From Eledone cirrhosa (Eukaryota), in assembly GCA_964016885.1 (NCBI GenBank), contig OZ024740.1, positions 375,038,001-375,102,000 on the forward strand: 64,000 bases of DNA, in the 5' to 3' direction. Below are positions 58,635 through 64,000 of this stretch, in pieces (position 1 is the stretch's first letter; each line of letters begins with the position of its first letter). The translations under genes and the position numbers were made by a program. The notes below the pieces were generated by a model. It was not told the DNA's origin. It did no database searches and saw only the letters and a program-made list of their open reading frames with translations.

Positions 58635-58769
58635 TATAAATGTTTATAGCTGATTTAGAGGACTCAACAATTCCTGGAGCAAATGATGAAAGAAAATAAG
58701 CATTAAATCACTATATGTAATTATGCATATACATACACACATACATATACATATATCTATATATATATA

Positions 58770-58853
<84 letters not shown>

Positions 58854-59073
58854 TATACATACACATACACACACAAACACAACCACAGAAATACACACAC
58901 ACATATATATACGTATATATATATACTCACACATAGGAAAAGGTCTGAACCCACGGCAGAGCTCAAGCCGTTTTTTTAATAAAGCCGCCCCTTATAATAA
59001 AGCTCTTAATAACAGCGGATTTACAGAACAATTTAATTATTTACCTACTGCCCCCTCTAAACTAACCACAATA
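58635..59073. repeat. Duplicate of 59553-59922, including the PLE inversion junction
   Basis: Identical blocks tataaatgtttatagctgatttagagg... and ...gctcaagccgttttttttaataaagccgcccc...ctaaactaaccacaataata. Confidence 0.85.
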
Positions 59074-59295
59074 ATATACACAGACACATATATATACATA
59101 TATACGCACACATACATATCTATCTATATACATACATACATATCCATACATACATACACATACATATACATACATATCACAAACACATACATACAAATAC
59201 AAACACACACATATGTATGTGTGTAAAACTCATTCTTAGATGTATTCATATGAACCTTGTTTAACTCTAAAATATATATATATACACATATATAC

Positions 59296-59339
<44 letters not shown>

Positions 59340-60848
59340 CTACACACACATATACATACACATACGTATGCATACATACACACACACACATACATATAAT
59401 TATATATATATATAAGAAAGAACATAAATATTATATATATAAAAAAACCTAAATATTGTATATATAAAAATAAAAATAAAAATAAAAATAAAATTAAAAA
59501 TAAAAAGTTGGGAATACGACAAATAATAAATTAAAAAATAATTAGAAAAGTGTATAAATGTTTATAGCTGATTTAGAGGACTCAACAATTCCTGGAGCAA
59601 ATGATGAAAGAAAATAAGCATTAAATCACTGTATGTAATTATGCATATACATACACACATACATATACATATATATATATATATATATACATATATATAC
59701 ATACACACACACACACACACACAAACACAACCACAGAAATACACACACACATATATATACGTATATATATATACTCACACATGAGAAAAGGTCTGAACCC
59801 ACGGCAGAGCTCAAGCCGTTTTTTTAATAAAGCCGCCCCTTATAATAAAGCTCTTAATAACAGCGGATTTACAGAACAATTTAATTGTTTATCCTACTCC
59901 CCCTTCTAAACTAACCACAATAATAGGAAAAGGAAAATTATTTGGTTTACACCCCCCTTCTCTCTAACTGTCAAAACTAATGTAGGAAGGAAATTCCTTG
60001 ACCTCTTAGATAAACATTTTCCTCCTAATCATAGATATTATGAGATATTTAATAGAAATGTAGTTAAGATCAGTTACTCTTGGGGCTCATCAATAAAGTC
60101 TAAGTTCACAAATTCAAATCGTACGGAACAAATCCAGGATGCAGTTGCAGGAAGCCGTATAAATGCCCATTACAGGGCAAATGTAACACCAAATCCGTTG
60201 TTTATGAGGCCAAAGTGACACCTTTAATGAACAACATGCCAGCCAGGCGTGACCGATATGTTGACATGACCCAGGACAGGTTTAAATCCAGGTTTTATGC
60301 ACATGTCGCTTCTTTTAAGCACTCCGATAAAAGAACAGCAACGGCCCTCGCAAGTAAGGTGTGGGAGTTCAAGGATAAAAACATCCCGTACTCTATCGAT
60401 TGGTCTATTTTAGACCATTCGAGGGAGTACCAAAGGGGCACAAAGAATTGTTCTTTGTGTACCACGGAAAAAATATAGGATTTTACAAAACTTGAAAGCC
60501 ACTTCTGCGTGCCTGAACTCAAACCCCGAGATCTTCAGATGTTGTCCTCACCTGAAATCCCATCTGATCTGTAACTGGATTGTTATTCCTACGATAATTC
60601 AACCACCTTGAACTCCTTTACCGCTCTTTACTTCCACTACGGTTTTTTTTACCTGCTGAATCCACTTTCTGTACTTCGTATTCTCTTTCTCCCTTATCTC
60701 CCCTTATATTTAAACCTTTTCCTATGTCATTTATTTTCCCCTTTTTTCCCCCTACTTTCTCCCTTACCCTTCACGTACCCAATTTTTTTATTTTTTATTT
60801 TCAGATATTTATTTTTGTGTGCGTGCGTGTGTGTTGCGTACATGTGTG

Positions 60849-60911
<63 letters not shown>

Positions 60912-61034
60912 GTGTATATATGTGTGTGTATGTATGTTTATATTTATCTGTATGTATATGTATATGTATATATAATTGTATATTATATACTTCTGTTGTT
61001 TGTGCGTGTGTGTATATATATATATATATATATT

Positions 61035-61142
<108 letters not shown>

Positions 61143-62127
61143 AAGGTTAACATATACATAAAGTTATAGATATATACATGTTGCAACTGGTCACTTTTAA
61201 GCTCTATGAAGAATTAATAAATTAAAAAATCAGAGCATTATATCAGAAATCATGCCTTTAGAATCATCAGATAATAAAATATATACTATTTCTTCTTCTA
61301 ATTAGCATAATTAACCATATAAAAAATCAATCAGAACAAGCTATAAGAATATATGCTCTTATGGGGAAATCTCCGACAAATAACCGAACGTAGCCTCTTC
61401 GCGGCGGCCTCAATCGTGTATTTATCCAACATTTCGACAGCATGTAGAAACTGACTAAATATACCATCAACCATACATAATTAGGTGTAAAATTAAACTT
61501 AGAAGAAATGCGCATATACCGTAATTATATCTCTACCATGGTTTCTTCCTTATTTTTAGACATCCAAATAATAGGAATGTCCTGAGACAAACTCAAAATC
61601 AGACATCTAGTTTTTCAATCCTGTCCCGCCAAAATATATTCAAAAGTGGTTAAGAATCGCTATGTGGCTGTGGTCAAGCCAGAGAGAAAGAATGTGATTG
61701 GTTGCTTACGGGATTGGTTGGCGGGATCGGATTGAAAAACTAGATGTCTGATATTGAGTTTGTCTCCTGATGAATCCTAACTCAGGACATTCCTATTATA
61801 TGGATGTCTAAAAATAAGGAAGAAACCATGGTAGAGATATAATTACGGTATGTGCGCATTTCTTCTAAGTTTAATTTTACACCTAATTATGTATGGTTGA
61901 TGGTATATTTAGTCAGTTTCTACATGCTGTCGAAACGTTGGATAAATACTCGATTGAGGCCGCCGCGAAGTGGCTACGTTCGGTTATTTGGCGGAGATTT
62001 CCCCATAAGAGCATTTATTCTTATAGCTTGTTCTGATTGATTTTTTATATTGTTAATTATGCTAATTAGAAGAAGAAATAGTATATACTTTATTATCTGA
62101 TGATTCTAAAGACATGATTTATGATAT
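61143..62127. mobile_element. Family D non-coding fold-back nested in a TA tract of the Naiad 3' UTR
   Basis: 61240-61632 mirrors 61718-62127; homologous to 7054-7838. Confidence 0.8.
61761..61839 (+). ncRNA. Type I hammerhead ribozyme
   Basis: tgtctc-CTGATGA-atcct...agga-a-GAAA-ccatgg-TA-gagata; the left-arm copy has lost the core by a ~17-nt deletion near 61586. Confidence 0.8.
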
Positions 62128-62390
62128 ATATATATATATATATATATGCATATATATGTGGGTATGTATGTGTGTATATATAGATTTAATGTGTGTGTGT
62201 GGGCGCGTGTATATTTGGGCGTGTATATGTATTTTTATATAATGGTTTTGTGTGTATATATATAATAGCCTCAGAAACGGCTTGAGATCTGCCGTGGGGT
62301 CAGACTTTTTCCTATGTGTGTGTATATATATATACGTATATGTATGTCTGTGTGTATTTATGTGGTTGTGTTTGTGTGTGTGTATGTATA

Positions 62391-62428
<38 letters not shown>

Positions 62429-62587
62429 TATATGTATATTTATGTGTGTATGTATATGTATAATTACATACAGTGATTTAATGCTTATTTTCTTTTGCTC
62501 CAGGAATTGTTGAGTGCTCTAAATCAGCTATAAACATTTATACTCTTTTCTAATTATTTTTTAATTTATTATTTGTCGTATTCCCAA

Positions 62588-63045
62588 CTTTTTATTTTTA
62601 TTTTTATTTTTATTTTTATTTTTATTTTTATTATTATTTTTATTTTTATTTTTAATTTTATTTTTATTTTTATTTTTATTTTTATTTTTATTTTTATTTT
62701 TATTTTTATTTTTATTTTTATTTTTATTTTTATTTTTATTTTTATTTTTATTTTTATTTTTATTTTTATTTTTATTTTTATTTTTATTTTTATTTTTATT
62801 TTTATTTTTATTTTTATTTTTATTTTTATTTTTATTTTTAATTTTATTTTTATTTTTATTTTTATTTTTATTTTTATTTTTATTTTTATTTTTATTTTTA
62901 TTTTTATTTTTATTTTTATTTTTATTTTTATTTTTATTTTTATTTTTATTTTTATTTTTATTTTTATTTTTATTTTTATTTTTATTTTTATTTTTATTTT
63001 TATTTTTATTTTTATTTTTATTTTTATTTTTATTTTTATTTTTAT
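62588..63045. repeat. (TTTTTA)n tract, ~455 bp
   Basis: Directly visible. Confidence 0.95.
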
Positions 63046-63059
63046 ATAAACATTCCGCA

Positions 63060-63915
63060 GGCTCACATACATTCTATGTGCGTGATTTGGTTCATCTCAG
63101 CCAATCAGCGCCAGTAGAAGAGGATGTATCCCTACGCATTCTGAGGGGGAAATAGCCCGCAAAGATTAGAGGACGCTACCACTCGCAGCCGCGACCGTGC
63201 TAATGTAAACAACCATTTTTCTTGCGCCGTGAAATCACTAGCCAATATATAACACAACAATTTAACCACGGCCTGGCAACGCTTCTCTCAGCCAGTAGCC
63301 CGTGTCTTTCTGGAATCTTAATTCGTTTGTTTAATTTCTCTTGGCATGCCAGCTCAACCTTTGTTAATAAATTATTTAAAAACAAGCTAAAGTCGTGATC
63401 GATATTCCTATCATATCTTTCTACCAAACTGGTGGTTCCTCGTGGCAACATTACAACTCTCGAAATATAACTCTCCGCTACATTGGTGACAACACATATT
63501 TTAACCCAATTGGCGCCCCTCGACGATTAAGAATGAAAACGCAGCCAATTTGAATTCGCCATTCATTTTGACGGCAATGTGGAATGGCTTAACATTTGAA
63601 ATGTTCGAATCGGGTAGCTAGACTCACTTAGCGTAAGTCCATACAATTCATAATATTCCATTTGTTGAAGCACGCATACAGACAAACACAAAAATACAAC
63701 ACAAAAAAAAATAAAAAAAAAATAAAAAAGGATTTCTGTGGATATAGAATTTTGCTTTCAACATTCTGTTAAAATTACAAATAGAGACTCAAACATTTTG
63801 TTTTCCCGCGTACAGCTTGTCTTCTTCGATCCCAGCCGTCTGATTGGCTGCGTCGTGTCACATGACGGCTTCTTCATCACAGCCGCATTTTTCAATCGGC
63901 CATCTTGCCGAATAA
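63060..63915 (-). promoter_or_regulatory. CpG-enriched, promoter/first-exon-like region
   Basis: CCAAT-type motifs (agccaatca at 63100, tgattggct at 63841), E-box-like gtcacatgac at 63857, YY1-like cggccatcttg at 63897, and a minus-strand donor taa|gtgagt near 63627. Confidence 0.35.
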
Positions 63916-64000
63916 TTTTCATTGAGAATAATTTGTTTTGTTGTTCGAATTTTCTTTCGAATATTTTTAGAAAAAAAATTAGCAGTACTTCAAAAAACTT

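Noticed and set aside
63200-63451. 83-aa minus-strand ORF near the CpG-rich region
   Set aside because: No recognisable domain or supporting signal.

Overview
AT-rich, microsatellite-saturated eukaryotic DNA with no intact host gene. The tRNA-like SINE and the (TA)n/(CA)n load suggest an octopod cephalopod (inference, not checked). Nearly all ORFs in the track are microsatellite translations. The window is dominated by decayed Penelope-like retroelements (PLEs): one Neptune-like RT+GIY-YIG copy (21290-23965) and at least eight Naiad-like fragments. There are also RTE-like LINE fragments and six copies of one SINE family. Reading by eye finds about 18 type I hammerhead ribozyme (HHR) motifs. 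They have the order stem I-CUGANGA or UUGANAA-stem II-GAAA-short, often palindromic stem III-UH-stem I, and sit in the PLE terminal repeats and in ORF-less 500-660 nt units. Most insertions are fold-backs whose two 3' ends face outward into (TA)n, one arm with a tail and the other stopping at a family-specific point. The clearest candidate for an undescribed system is 826-2102. This non-coding 595-nt HHR unit has one arm starting exactly at the predicted GUC cleavage site, and its other arm is exactly one circularly permuted turn. That pattern fits a retrozyme-like circular RNA copied by PLE machinery. All structures were folded by eye and boundaries are approximate.
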